Shown: positions 1 to 13,300 of the stretch, in pieces
Layout: every line of letters starts with the position of its first letter
Numbering within the stretch: position 1 is the first letter of the stretch
Source: Saccostrea echinata
Lineage: Eukaryota
Reading direction: 5' to 3'
NCBI RefSeq assembly: GCF_033153115.1
Contig: NW_026889779.1
Span: forward strand, 20,274,001 to 20,338,000
DNA: 64,000 bases
Program-made: the position numbers and the translations under genes
Notes under the pieces: model-generated
What the model was told of the DNA's origin: nothing
The model's input: the letters and a program-made list of their open reading frames with translations, nothing else
Database searches by the model: none

Positions 1-1619
1 TTTTGCGGGGTGTCCTTTTTTGGGAGGTTGCCCCCTCCCCTTTTCTTTTAAAATCGTTGCTACGGCCCTGAAGGTATGATAACAGCTGAATTTAATTAGC
101 TTCGTATTTGATATATAAAAATCAAAACATAGTTAAAATTGTGATAGTTAAAACTAACTTTAAATTTAGCTTATTTTAAAACCAGGGCTAATTTTGATTC
201 AAAGTGTACACGGAGGCCATAAGAGGATGTCAAAGTAGGGCATTTTATTGAATTTCCTCAATTCTGATGGAATTTTGTTCAATTTTACTTGGGGTCGGGA
301 AACATCTAGAGTACATGTTGCCTATCTGTGATTTTTATACAGAATATGCATCTGATACTAGAGCATGAAATATATAAATTTAGGCAAGCTTTTGCTCTGT
401 GTTTTCTGAAACAAAATGTTCTTTAAAATCGATAAAAATTTGCATAAAAATGAGAAAATTTTGAAAGTGATATATTTTGTAACCTTTCTTTCACCTTTGT
501 GTATCCGGTAAATTGGAATCGAATGCTCATTCTGTAACAGGAATGACAGCAGGTTTTTAAATATAAACTACTGCATCGTTCTTAGAGACAATCCAAACCA
601 GGGGTCAAGAAGGTGTCTTAGCCTATCTTGTCCTTTATGAAGTTTGATTAGTTTCCTGTGATGCGTGTTCGAAGACTTCAAACAGGTTATATAACTCCTG
701 CTCCGAAAACACGTTTACAAAAGTGTCGTTCGCTGATTTTCTTTTTTTAAAGTATTACCCAGTACTACTATGACCCCAGTAAACGATACTCTTAAATCAA
801 TCTTAGATAAAACGGCAAACCCCTGAATTTTCTTTAAAATGTCTCTTTTAAAAGAAGTGAATTTCAAAAGAAATTTAATCAGATATATAGAGCTCTCTTA
901 ATCAATATAGCCAGTCTTAAGACATTGAAACATTGATGACTTAAAGATGGAGTTACATGTACATGCATGGAATTCACTTACTTTTTTCCAACTCATTTAT
1001 TGAAAAGAAACCAATGGAAATCTTAAGGAAGTTTATGACACTGAACAATGGATCTGGTCTATAGTATTTAATTAAAAATTGCATAAATTTAACTTAAATT
1101 TTATTGCCAAGAAGATCGGTTACAACAAATTCACAAATTAATCTTTTTCTATTTTGTTGTTTGACTTTTTTGGTGACAAAAAACGACGATAAAGTCCAAG
1201 AACAATTTTTATTCCTATATTATATTAGCAATATTTTCATATTTTTATGTGGATCTTGACCACTCAGTCTCCTTAAGCAAGATATGTTTATACATGTATA
1301 TATATCGTACTCACCCTGCAGAAGGTAGAAACTAAAATGACAAAAAAGAGAAAAAGATAACGCTTCTACGTAGAATTATTAATGCAACATGTTTCATCGA
1401 TGTATCTGACAATAACCTTGTCAATACATTAATCTGAGTATATACGACAATGGGCTTCCCCAGCTGTTACCTAACCTATTGTTGTACAGATTCCTGTCTA
1501 TATCTTAAACTGAAAAGGTTCAGCCTTAAGATTAATAACGCCAACGTGCTGCAAATGAAAATGTAAGAACAAATTCAGTGCGTTGTTTAGTTTAAACATC
1601 GATCTAAGTTCTCAATAGT

Positions 1620-2535
1620 TATGCAAAGTGTAAAATGTGAAGATAACGAAGTCACTGTGATTAATCTCATAAATCCAGTACACAAAACGAATCGTAAACA
1701 GGGCAAAAACGCGGACCCCTGGAAACATCAGAGGCGGGATCAGGTCCGTAGGAGGAGAAAGCATACCCTGTTGACCGGTCACACCCGCCGTGAGTCCTAT
1801 GTGTTGATCAGGTATACGGAACATTCCCTAGTCAAATTTAGTACAAGAGTAATGATCTAACAAATGGTATGAAACATGTCAGACAAAATACGACCCAAGG
1901 AAAGGTTGTATTTACAAACAAGGTCATCATACGACCGTAGAATTTTGCAAAAAGCTTACTTTAAACGGGGTCGATGAAATCCTTGTTACATCAACTTGTT
2001 TGTCAGTAGCTTGTCTCGGTTTAAAAATCGATCGTACTTAGAGCATGCTGTTGTATATCAAATCAGTTGGAAGACATAAATACCATATACAGGTGACGTT
2101 GGAATATTACTTCATAACTATGGAAAGTTGACGATGGAAAAGCAGAAGTTACCTCGTTTGTCATATAATTTCGTTTTAGTTGCCCATTATCGTCTATAGT
2201 CAGTAAAACATCCAAATACGAAGCAGATATGACAGACTCTGTATTGTCTTTTATTTCGAGTTTATTGGGATATATATCGAGTCTATATATAAATGAAAGT
2301 AACTGTGAATTGATAAAACGTCGTCGATATGTCTAAGTGTCGAGTTAAAGGCCACAGCAAGAATTTTCTTCTTCTCATGTAGAAGTTTTTGAATAAATTC
2401 TGCTTCATAGGAATATAAAAGTAGGTCGGCTAATAAAGGGGTACAATTAGTTTCCATCGGAATTCCAATAGATTGTTGGAAGATCTGGTCTCCAAAGACT
2501 TCATAGATACTGTCAATGACGAACTCCAGCATCCT
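1620..2535 (-). mobile_element. Degenerate 5'-truncated Penelope-like retroelement (RT C-terminal half plus 3' UTR)
   Basis: ORF 2251..2532 has FQQSIGIPM(E)TNC.PLLADL.LYSYE and R(H)IDDVLS, decayed RT motifs. The minus-strand continuation reads SASYLD...LYDKRGNF.FSIVNFP...SNIP with stops and frameshifts. No GIY-YIG follows the RT, consistent with the Naiad/Chlamys arrangement (inference). Confidence 0.8.
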
Positions 2536-2741
2536 TTTAAAACCATGTTCTTTAATTTATCATGGGGAATGGTTGTGTAAAGCGTTGGGTGTTTTGAAGT
2601 TTGAAAAATGTTGAGATTTTAAATTTTTCACAAGTTCTTCGGGTTTTTAGAATCCACATTTGGTTTACACCACTTCTTGAAAATTAATTTGCACAATACG
2701 TCTGAAGTTGTACAGTCTGCATGTATATATACGTCTGAAGT

Positions 2742-2743
<2 letters not shown>

Positions 2744-2811
<68 letters not shown>
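2744..2811. repeat. (TA)n microsatellite
   Basis: About 34 perfect TA units; source of the spurious poly-IY ORFs. Confidence 0.98.
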
Positions 2812-2813
<2 letters not shown>

Positions 2814-3007
2814 CCCCATTTTTTTTTTTTGGGGGGGGGTGTCTTTTTCTTTCAATCAAGTGCATGTGTATGTATATTGTATAACATGTATATGTATATG
2901 ACCTAATAGGAGTATTTACAATGTGCCTTCATGTTGTCACTTATTTAGTAAATAAACGAATTGAATTTAAGTGAATGTACATGTAAAGGGCTCAATTTCA
3001 TAATAAA

Positions 3008-3204
3008 CAGGCCCATAGCAATGGTTTCAAAAGTGGGGGGGGGGGGGGGCGTAACTTCCCAAAAAGTCTGACAAGCAAAAAACAGTTCTCGACCTCAAAA
3101 CAACAAAAAGAAAAGGAAATTAAAATACTAGTAGCAAAATACTATACTCAGAAAAAGTGAAAAGTGGAGGGGGCAACCCCCCCCCCCCGTCTTCTACAGG
3201 CTTG
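3008..3204. mobile_element. Small degenerate MITE (CAGG ends, poly-G/poly-C subtermini)
   Basis: caggcccatag... and ...ctacaggcttg imperfect inverted ends; ATAAA on both flanks. Confidence 0.5.
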
Positions 3205-3934
3205 ATAAATGCGTGAATTACTTGATTATCTAGGTTGTACATGCTCTTCAGTTTTATAAAATCACCATCTGGAAATTAATTACCTTCAAAAATTGTCTAA
3301 GGACATGTTTGTTTATATTTTCAAGACATTGAATGGAAGGGGTTTTGAATGGAAGATTTTAATTCACTGCATTCCATTTCCGGAATTTTGCATTGCGTTT
3401 CCGGCAATTTTTATTTTGATTTCCGACATTTCTTATTTTCATTTTAGACATTTATTTTTTTTTTTTTAAAGATTTCCGGATTTTTTGGAAAATACCTTTT
3501 TGGCAGTTTAATGTACCCCCCCCCCCCTCCACCCCACCCCGATTCTATGTGCCTGCCCTATGCCATTGAATGTAATGACAAAATTTCTTTGATATTCAGA
3601 TTAAAGATTGCAGCTTTAGAAATATTTAGTTATGTAATTCGGAGTTTCCATTCATTCCTTTGTAACACAATCCTCCATAAACAAATGAAACAAATACATG
3701 AATAAAGTTTATTATTATTTTTTTAAATTATTATCTGAACAGCAAAATAACTTTAATCATTATACAAATAATTTATTTTCTGAACTTATAATAATAAAAT
3801 TTTTCTTTCCACCAAGCACGTTACATTTTTATCTGAAACCAAGAGCAAAAAAACAGCATCACTCTGCAAAATGCTCAGTGATTTAAAACAAATGTTTTAT
3901 TCTTAAACAAGATAAAGATAAGACTTAAGTGAAT

Positions 3935-4390
3935 CTACCTGTATTTACCAAAAAAGATTAAATCATATGGACTGAGGTCTTTCCTGATTCCCAGAAAATT
4001 GTTTTTGGCACAGTACTTATAGGAGAATGGATTAAGATTATTATCTCTGATCCAGTTCTCTTGCTCTTCTTCTTTCTTCAGAATTTCTTCACTCACAATT
4101 CTAGCATGAAATGGACACTGATTTGCAACATGACGAAGCATTCTATACACTTGTCTTAATTCAATTTTTCCACCGATTTCCATAATGATACGGTCTGCTT
4201 TGACGGGGGTTACATAATGTGAAATGGGGCTTTTCCCCTTCCCCATACGCTTTCCTTGACCCTTTTTTGACACTGGTTTCCATGGAGGCTCCACTCGCCA
4301 TTCCGCGAACATGTCATTTGTAAGTTTAGCATTGATGTACAATCGCCAGGCATCAAAATGCTTGGCTGTTAACAGTCCCCCATCCAGAGC
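3935..4390 (-). CDS. MRPL16: MRPL16 exon 4 (terminal)
   Basis: ttttgtag|GCTCTGGATG acceptor; ALDGGLL...GKYR followed by TAG. Confidence 0.95.
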   Translation of the reverse strand, partial: ALDGGLLTAKHFDAWRLYINAKLTNDMFAEWRVEPPWKPVSKKGQGKRMGKGKSPISHYVTPVKADRIIMEIGGKIELRQVYRMLRHVANQCPFHARIVSEEILKKEEEQENWIRDNNLNPFSYKYCAKNNFLGIRKDLSPYDLIFFGKYR

Positions 4391-7300
4391 CTACAAAAGA
4401 AATCACAGAATGGTATCTTCATCATACTGGTATAAATGGACAAGGCAAGATTTATACAATTTATCAAATTGCAAAATGTATCAACATCGGTGTCTCATTA
4501 TTTTAAGATTTCAGTAACTTCTGTTCCAAACTGCCCATATAACAGTTTCTTGTAATTCTATTTGTTACTTATACATGTACTTCATATTGTCCATGTATCA
4601 GTTACTTGTTCTTCATTTAATAATGTCCACATGTAAGTTACCTGCATTCTATATTGTCCAAATATTGGTGACCTGTACTTCAAATTGTCCTTATATTGAT
4701 TACCTGTACTCCATATTGCTCATATACCAGTTACCTGTACTCCATATCACCCATGTATCAATTACCTGTACTCCATATTACCCATATACCAGTTACCTGT
4801 ACTCCATATTACCCATATACCAGTTACCTGTACTCCATATTACCCATATATCAGTTACCTGTACTCCATATTAGTGTTTCAGAATCGGACGGAAAACACT
4901 ATCGATTATCGAATCGAATCGGAAACACCATTTCGATTCATAATCGAAAATAATCGGACATTTCAGATTTCTTATGTTTCTTTTTATTTACATAATTAAA
5001 AGCCCTGTATTATGTTTTATAGTTATAGGCACTAGTGTCTAAATATAACTGATAAGTAAAGATGTAGGCCTGTATTTAAGTTTTAATGAATCTGCTGATA
5101 TTTTACTATATTTATTAAAGGAAAGAATTACACTTACTTAAATTTCAGTCCAATAAAAAGGAATTTTAGTTTTATATTATTATTTAACTGATAACTATGT
5201 AAACAAAGTGCTTCATTTGTTATGACATTAATCATGTTTATACTAAATTACTGATAAGATGATAAATTAATTTGTTTAAAAATTTTGATTTTTCAAAAGA
5301 TAAATTTTCTTCTTTTTTTTTTTTAATTTATTCCTGTTTATATAAAGAACAGTTCAACAAATTGTCTACCTTCTTAATGTTAATCATATTTGAATCTATC
5401 AGTTTATTCAGAGAAATAATTTTTGTATACACAGCCAGGGACCTATATACTAGTATATAGGTCCCTGACACAGCATATGGGTATGCACAATAAAAATACC
5501 AATACTTCTTGTGCATTCGTTTTATAGAATAAAAAAAAAACACACTAGTTTTGTGTTTCACTTCTGACTGACCTATAATTGTTTAAACTGTAAAAAAAAA
5601 AATAATACACAGAATGTGAGTTGAAAGTTGTAAATATCGTTTCAAGTGTGAGAGCAGAGGAAATTCAGGTTAAAAAACGATGTTTTTGAGAGTGGTGCTC
5701 TTGATAGCTTTATTTCGTCGTCAGTTCTTTCGTTGCATAAAATAATTATGACTTGCATTAATGGAAGGGAATTTTATTTAGATTTAGTCATTATGATATT
5801 TTTCAAAGCATTTTTACGAATCATTCACTGACTCAGTTTAATGCATTGTTTAGTACAGGCGAACGGACACATTGTATGTGTGCACATGGAAGATACATAA
5901 AAATAATTAGTGTGACTTTTTTGTACAAAAGGATAAAAAGGAAACACTACCTAAAAAGATAATATATATTAAGATTTAGCATTATGCTTAAAGTAGCTAT
6001 ATATATAGCGACTATCGATTTTGGTGCTATGCTATCGATTGTCGGCATCGCCAAGCTTTCAACGACGATTTTTCGATCGTCGGCGACTATCGCTGAATCA
6101 CTACTCCATATTACCCATATACCAGTTACCTGTACTCCATATTACCCATATATCAGTTTCCTGTACTCCATATTACCCATATACCAGTTACCTGTACCCC
6201 ATATTACCCATATACCAGTTACCTGTACTCCATATTACCCATATATCAATTACCTGTGCTCCGTATTGCCCATATATCAGTTACCTGTACTCCGTATTGC
6301 CCATATACCAGTTTCCTGTACTCCATATTACTTATATATCAGTTACCTGTACTCCATATTACCCATATATCAGTTACCTGTACTCCGTATTGCCCATATA
6401 ACAGTTACCTGTACTTCATATTACTCATATATCAGTTACCTGTACTCCGTATTGCCCATATATAAGCCTGTTGTTGATGACATCTGGTCCTCTGCAGTAT
6501 TTAGCCTCACTCCTCTGTTGTACTGCTACATGACTGTTAGTATTCTTAACAGGTTGGGGTGTTTTATCAACCAATCGCAATTTCTTCTTCTCAGGAAATT
6601 CTATATCTGATCCGCAAAAACACAAGAATTGCTTATCATGCATATTTGTTATATCTATTACCGTATTCTCCCTATTAAACACCCCTACCCCGGTATAGGT
6701 ATTTTCCGATCGTCTTAGAATAAGGGATCCCCTTTATTAACTTATGGTCTCATCAGAATTTTCTAAATCCATCAGATCTACATGCAAAATTAATGCAAAA
6801 CATATTGAAAATCGGAATATGTTCGATTAAATTGACCATGCCACTGACCTATGTGAGCGGAGCAAGAGTGATTGACACAATCTTGAACAACTTGTTTTAC
6901 CCATAAAACTTTTGATTAATATTGTTAGGGCATACACTTGAATTAACTTTTGAAACAATCAGTTCATTTAATTTCAACACAACTACCAAATAACTGCCCC
7001 CTTTTTGCAGTTTTCTAAGCACCCAAGATACTTAATAGGGAGAACATGGTAAGATATTACAAGTACAAATTGGATAAAATTTCGAAGATGAAAGTCAAAA
7101 GTTACTGGACAAGAGAATACAAGTCTTGTGCATCTATAACAATTCATTATCAAATATTTTGCAAAATTTAATATGGTTTGACCATTTCTGAAGATACTTG
7201 ACTGCTATTACCAGGTATATAAATAGATTATTGTCTTAATTTTCATTGGCTGATAAGACATCATGTGATATTCGTCAGTTTTAATGTTGATGCAAAAAGG

Positions 7301-10300
7301 GCAAATGTGGAATACCGGTATGTTAACGTACAACATGTGTAATTTACCGTTCTAACGTAAAAAAAAAATGGTAATCAAAGAATACAAAGCTCACCTCGAC
7401 AAATTTCATCTTTAAGTGAAGACAATGTCTCATACTAAATCAATGATCTGGTAATGTGCATCCTTAGATGCACCCATGCAAGTTTAGTATTGGTAGGATT
7501 TATAATCCTCCTAAAAATCTTTGTTTCTATCACATGGAAAATGTAAATCAGTTCATCCAGGTAGGTCAAATGCAGTATCCAAAGCATGTCTAGTAAATGT
7601 GAATTCCTATATGCACCATCCATTCAAATTTGGTCCAAGTAGGCGTTATAGCTTCTTATCAATGGACCTGCTCCAAAACCTTTACCGGTAATTTGGTCAC
7701 TCGGTCAGCTCCGGGCTGGCACTGAGACTGATCCTTTGATGCATCATTCATGCATAGGGCTTATATACCTGGTATACTTGGGATTGGAACTTGCTCCAGT
7801 AACTTTCACCAGGTCACTCATCCAGAAGGTGTAGGTCAGATCCAGGATCTGAAACATGTCTGGTCGTGTGCAACTCGAGAAGCATCATTATTGCAAGTCT
7901 GATCACAATTCCACTTACAGTTACTTGGGAATGGACCTCCAGCAAAACCTTTCACCTGGTCACTCATCCAGAAAATGTACAATGTAGTTCAAACTAGAAA
8001 TATGTCCATAGGACATGAATGCCCCACCGAGGGTGTATATAGGGTCAAAGGAAAGGTCAAGGTAAAAAAATATTGCTGCAGTTGAATAGCTTACATCAGT
8101 ATGTATCAGCATATGAAGTTTGACACTAATTTAAGAAAAGTGAGGTCAATGTCAGAGGAAAGGTCAAGGTCAAAAATTATTGATGCAATTGAAAAGGTTA
8201 CATCAGTATGTATTAGCATATGAAGTTTGATAAAAATATTATGAATGGTTTCTTTAAAACTGAGCTAAACACTAATTAAAGAAAAGTGAGGTCAAGGTCA
8301 AACGAAAGATCAAGGTGAAACATATTGATACAGTTGAATAGCTCTCATCAGTATGTATCAGCATATGAAGTTTGTTAAAAATATCTTGAATGGTTTCATT
8401 AAAACTGAGCTTAACACTAATTAAAGAAAAGTGAGGTCAAGGTCAAAAGAAAGGTCAAGGTAAAAAAATGTTGATGCACTTGAATAGCTTACATCAGTAT
8501 GTATCAACATATGAAGTTTGACTAAACTATCTTGAATGGTATCTTTAAAACTGAGCTAAACACTAATTTAAGAAAAGTGAGGTCAAGGTCAAAGGAAAGG
8601 TCAAGGTCGAAAAATATTGATGCAGTTGCATAGCTCTCATCAATATCTATCAGCATATGAAGTTTGATAAAAATATCTTGGATAGTTTCTTTGGAACTGA
8701 GCTTTGAACAGAGCTAACAGAGCTAAAGTGTGACGGAAGGACAGACAGAAGGACGGAAGGACAAAAGGACGGAAGACGAACATGACAAACACTATATGCC
8801 CCGGCCATATTCATGGCGGGGCATAATAAAGGATCTGAACCATGTATGGTAGTGTGCAACTTGAGATGCATCATTATTGCAAGTTTGGTCACCATACCAC
8901 TTATAGTCACTTAGGAATGGACCTGCTCCAAAAACTTTAACCTGGTCACTGGAGAATATACAATGTACAGAAGTTCAAATTATACACAAGAAGCATGTTT
9001 GGTAAATTGGTAGTACACATCCTTAGAAGCGTCATCATCCATACAAGTATTGTCACCATTGGGCTTACAGAATGGACCTGCTCCAAAACCTTTAATCTCA
9101 TAATTCAGCCAGAAAATACAAGTCAGATCCAGCATCCAAAGGAAGACTAGTAGTATGCATTCCTAGATGCATCATCCATGCAAGTTTGGTTGGCATAGGG
9201 CTTATAGTTACTTGGGAATGGACTTGCTCCTAAAAATTAAACAGGGACAACAATGTTGACATGGGTGGACGAGGGGATATAGCAAAAGATCATCTCAACT
9301 TTGTCAAAGTCAAAACATTTTTTGGCCAATCCTAGTACTTTGAAAATATTATGGAGAGTGTGACAGCGAAAATAATTGAACAATTATCAAACTAGCAGTA
9401 AACACTTTAGGTGAATATTTAGATTCCAAAGAAATGCCCCAGCACTTTGAAACCATGCATAAGAATTTGACTATTATGGATTTCAATGTATGGTCAACAC
9501 ATGGTTATAAGAACATATATCGAGTGATATTGACTCCTGACACAGAAAGTGATATTGGCATTGCAAGCTTGGTCGATATCACTCTCTGTGTCTTTGGTCA
9601 ATATCTCTTGACATGGGTCCTTATAACCACATATCGACCTACAATTAAGTCCATAATTGTACATGTATAATATATTCCTATAAACATGAAAAAGATGATA
9701 AACTACTTACCATCATAATTTGGAAGTGTCTTTATCTTCATATAGCTTGCACTTTGAACATAATTTTGTGCTAAAAATAAAATTATTATTTTTTATTAAA
9801 GAGGGTTGTAAAGGCAATAATATTCTTAAGGCAATCAGCATGAACAAAGTGGGATGATCCTGGTGCTACTAGAATCAATCTTTTTTTTAAACTGCAGAAA
9901 TTAGAATAAATATGAAAGATATTCCAAAAATACATACCTATTATATAATTTTAATGACAACTAGATTTTATGAAAACTTGTCTTCATACCTAGCATATTT
10001 TTTTTTTAATTCATTGAGAGTTTAAAAGGCATTTATATAATACAGTCAAAGGTCTCACAGTGAGGTATGAAAAAATCTTAAATGATGTAAATTAAGTTAA
10101 CAAAGCCAATAAATTTCGCTATCAATGATTGCATTAATCACATGCAACCCTGATTAAAACAATCTGTATACTATGTCTTGGGACAGGCCTTCAAGTGGTT
10201 CATAGGACAAAATAAAATTTTAACAAATTTCAATAGAGCACTCTAATACATAACTCAATCCAGGATCCTGTCAGAATGTTTTTACACCTAAACAGATCAT

Positions 10301-13300
10301 AAGAAGTCTCTTAAATTATATAAAACATTACAACTTTTATACTACATACCATATGAAAAATATACTTTTACAAAAACAACCTGAAAACCAACACCTTAAG
10401 GTTGGAAATGTGGAAGCTAGATTCCCATGTCTGGACACTGAACAGTATTCAATTGGGTCTGTACCTAAAGTTGTAAACTTAAAGTCATAAAACAGATCAC
10501 CAACACTTCGTAAGAAGGTTTACACATTTATTTTGTTTATAGCAATGTTGTCTGCATTTTTTTTTACGTCAATAAATAAATTTACATGCTTGATCATGTT
10601 GATTGTTCTGATGATGTCTTGGGTCAAAACCAGTCAAAAAATAAATTTACTGCTGCATTCTCATGAAGTGTTGGTGTTCTGTTTTATTCTTTAAATATGG
10701 TTTTATTTACCAGTAGAAATTAAGAAGGTGTGTGACTATGAAACAGATTGGCATAAAATCAAGTACATGTGTACCTATTATCTGTATTGTAACCATTTGT
10801 CTAAATGCAAACTGTTCCATTTATATTAAGCATATTGTACAAGTATTAAGAAATTTCATTTAAAGTAAAATATTCTGAGATTTTTTCAATTTGCTTTTAA
10901 CAGGAAGGGAGAAAATGTATGGCTGGACTGGGAATTGAATCTGGGACCTCTGAATCACTAATCAGATGCTTTAACCAACTAAGCCATATATGACTATTGG
11001 AGATCAAATCTGTACTGACTGCCACATTCTTTCCTCCTTAAAGGTCTTTGCTCCCAAAGACACCAAACCCACTAGACTCTTTAATGGCAGGTCTTTCACC
11101 TGTCACTTCCAGGGCATGGCACAGCACCAACTGTATCAGCTAAGATCAAGGAGAAAATATGACAGAACAAACCAGGATTCAACCCGGGCCCCCTAAATCA
11201 CGAGTCAGGTGCTCTACCAACTGAGTTATCTGGCCACTAGTGATCAAATCTATCTGACTACCACATTCCTCCCTCCTTAAAGGTCTTTGCACTGAAGACA
11301 GGTATCAGGTTCGTTCGCCCTATCTACCTCTTCGCATGAGTCCGTTCGCGCAGGGTCCGTTCGCCATTATTCTTGTTCGCTCTATATCTCGTTCGCCCTA
11401 ATATATATACAATATATAGTAAATATTAACATTTATTATTAATTTTACTCAATATTTTATGACTTGGTGTTTTTTTTTCAAATGCTGATACAGTATTTTT
11501 TTTTTTTACCGGAATCTTAATTAAATAATTCACATTTGATATTAATGCTTTTTACATGCTTAATTGGCTTCATTATACTTAATCAGCTGTTAATAATGTC
11601 AATGTAATTTAGGAGATCATATCGGTGTTTTGTTTTGTTTTGTTTTTTTTTTTACAATCTGCGTTATGTTTTGAAAACAATGAAAGGATTGAGAGGTTAA
11701 TTTCTGTTGGTCCACAGGCTTCTGAATTTCTATCAATAAGCCGCTATATGATTGATCAGAGTGATATATATACCCCCTCTATAAATAAAAACACATGTAT
11801 TCATATACAGAGGGGGTATATATATCACTCTGATCAATCATATAATGGCTTATTGATAGAAATTCAGAGGCCTGTGGTTGATCTGTCGGGTCTTTGATAG
11901 GACAGGTATATAATTTATTTTAAAAAATCCATTGGTTAATTATTTAACTTTCTGCAATATAAATAAGGCAAACGGACCCTGTGCGAACAAGTTTTAGGGC
12001 GATCGGACTCTGGGCGAATGAGAATAAGGGTGAACAGAGTCAAGGGCAAACAAATTTTAGGGGGAACGAACATACAACCACTGAAGACACAACCCAAGTT
12101 CTTTTCTGCCCCTGGCAGGACTTTCACGTGATTCCAGGGGTGGTCAAAGGCACCAAATTATGTAACAGGAAAGGAAAAAAATGTATGGCTGGACCAGGAA
12201 TAGGACCCATGATCCCTGCATCACAAATCATGTGCTCTAACCAAATAATTAAGCTATATGGCCACTGTCAATTTAATTGAATCTCGACTATAGCTGCCAC
12301 ACTGATAAGAATATCTGTCTACTGCATGATAAAATGATACCACATCACTGGAAGTTAAGGTAGTATGGGATACCTCCACGTTATGACGTATTTCCGTTTG
12401 AAGTATTGTTTTGATTCGCATGAGTGCTTATTATCGGGTCAAAATTTGTAGATACACCGTTGAAAAGAACACTCTGAAGCCTATTTCAATGCAAGTTCTC
12501 ACAAGTCGGCATTTTAAGTAAAAACAGACAAAAAAATCGCAAGTATATAAATTTACTTATAATTGTACAACGGACATTTAAAAAAGCAAACCCCTGTAAA
12601 AGGTAGTTTCAACATTTCAACGTTTTGAACACTTTTAAGCAAAAGCTGTATTTCAATTGTTTGAGTAACTGTACAGCACCTTGTGTGCGGTGAGGCATGG
12701 ATAAGTGCAATTACTTCACATTGTGCTGAATTATCACCAATCAATTATCACGTTAACCAGAGCTGGACTTTTTTGTTATTTAATTCAAGAAGTAACTGTT
12801 TGGTCACAAATCAGCTAGCTGTTGTATATAGTCCCAAAACGTTCAGATGAATGCAACTGCTCTGAACAAGACACGTCCTGGAAAGCGATTGTCCATGCAT
12901 TGTTTTCAAAACCGCTCAAAGTTGAAAACTACAAAGTGCGATTTTTTTATGGTTGGGAAAAAATGCTCATCATTTCTAAAATAGCACCCAGGTTTTTTCA
13001 ACCCTTGGAAAATAAAGAAGGATAACTCTTCCGCTCGGATCTTTAAATTCAAAAAATTTTAAATGCATTTTATATTTTCCATTTATATATATATTTTCAA
13101 TTTGTTTATTTCACTTTGCTAACATATCAAGATACATTCTTATTGTAGACTTTCATGAAATGTTATCCGTCTGTTTTCAAGAAATAAAGTTTTCCCAGTT
13201 TTTTAACGCTTATTTTTTGTTGAAAATTAAAAAAAATACTAAGACATATTTCTTGTCATTTTTGTTTTTATAAACACTTTATATTAGCAAACGCCTGCCT

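Larger units (their letters stand above)
10900..12300 (-). mobile_element. tRNA-derived SINE-like repeat, three decayed tRNA-like heads, interrupted by a DNA transposon
   Basis: Minus-strand units near 10920-10995, 11170-11235 and 12188-12263 resemble A-box/B-box tRNA heads (e.g. ataactcagttggtagagcacctgact...gggttgaatcctgg). Shared flanking motif gtaacaggaa...aaatgtatggctggac. Confidence 0.65.

Noticed and set aside
2628-2901. Poly-IY ORFs
   Set aside because: Artefact of the (TA)n microsatellite.
4530-6463. CRISPR-like regular 31-bp repeats; also the 146- and 166-bp arrays
   Set aside because: Units are contiguous with no unique spacers, there are no cas genes, and the context is eukaryotic intron.
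5984-6610. 208-aa and overlapping plus-strand ORFs (also 4575-4953)
   Set aside because: Translations of the minisatellite, antisense to MRPL16.
10920-12263. Functional tRNA genes
   Set aside because: Stems and B-boxes are degenerate and differ among copies; treated as SINE relics.
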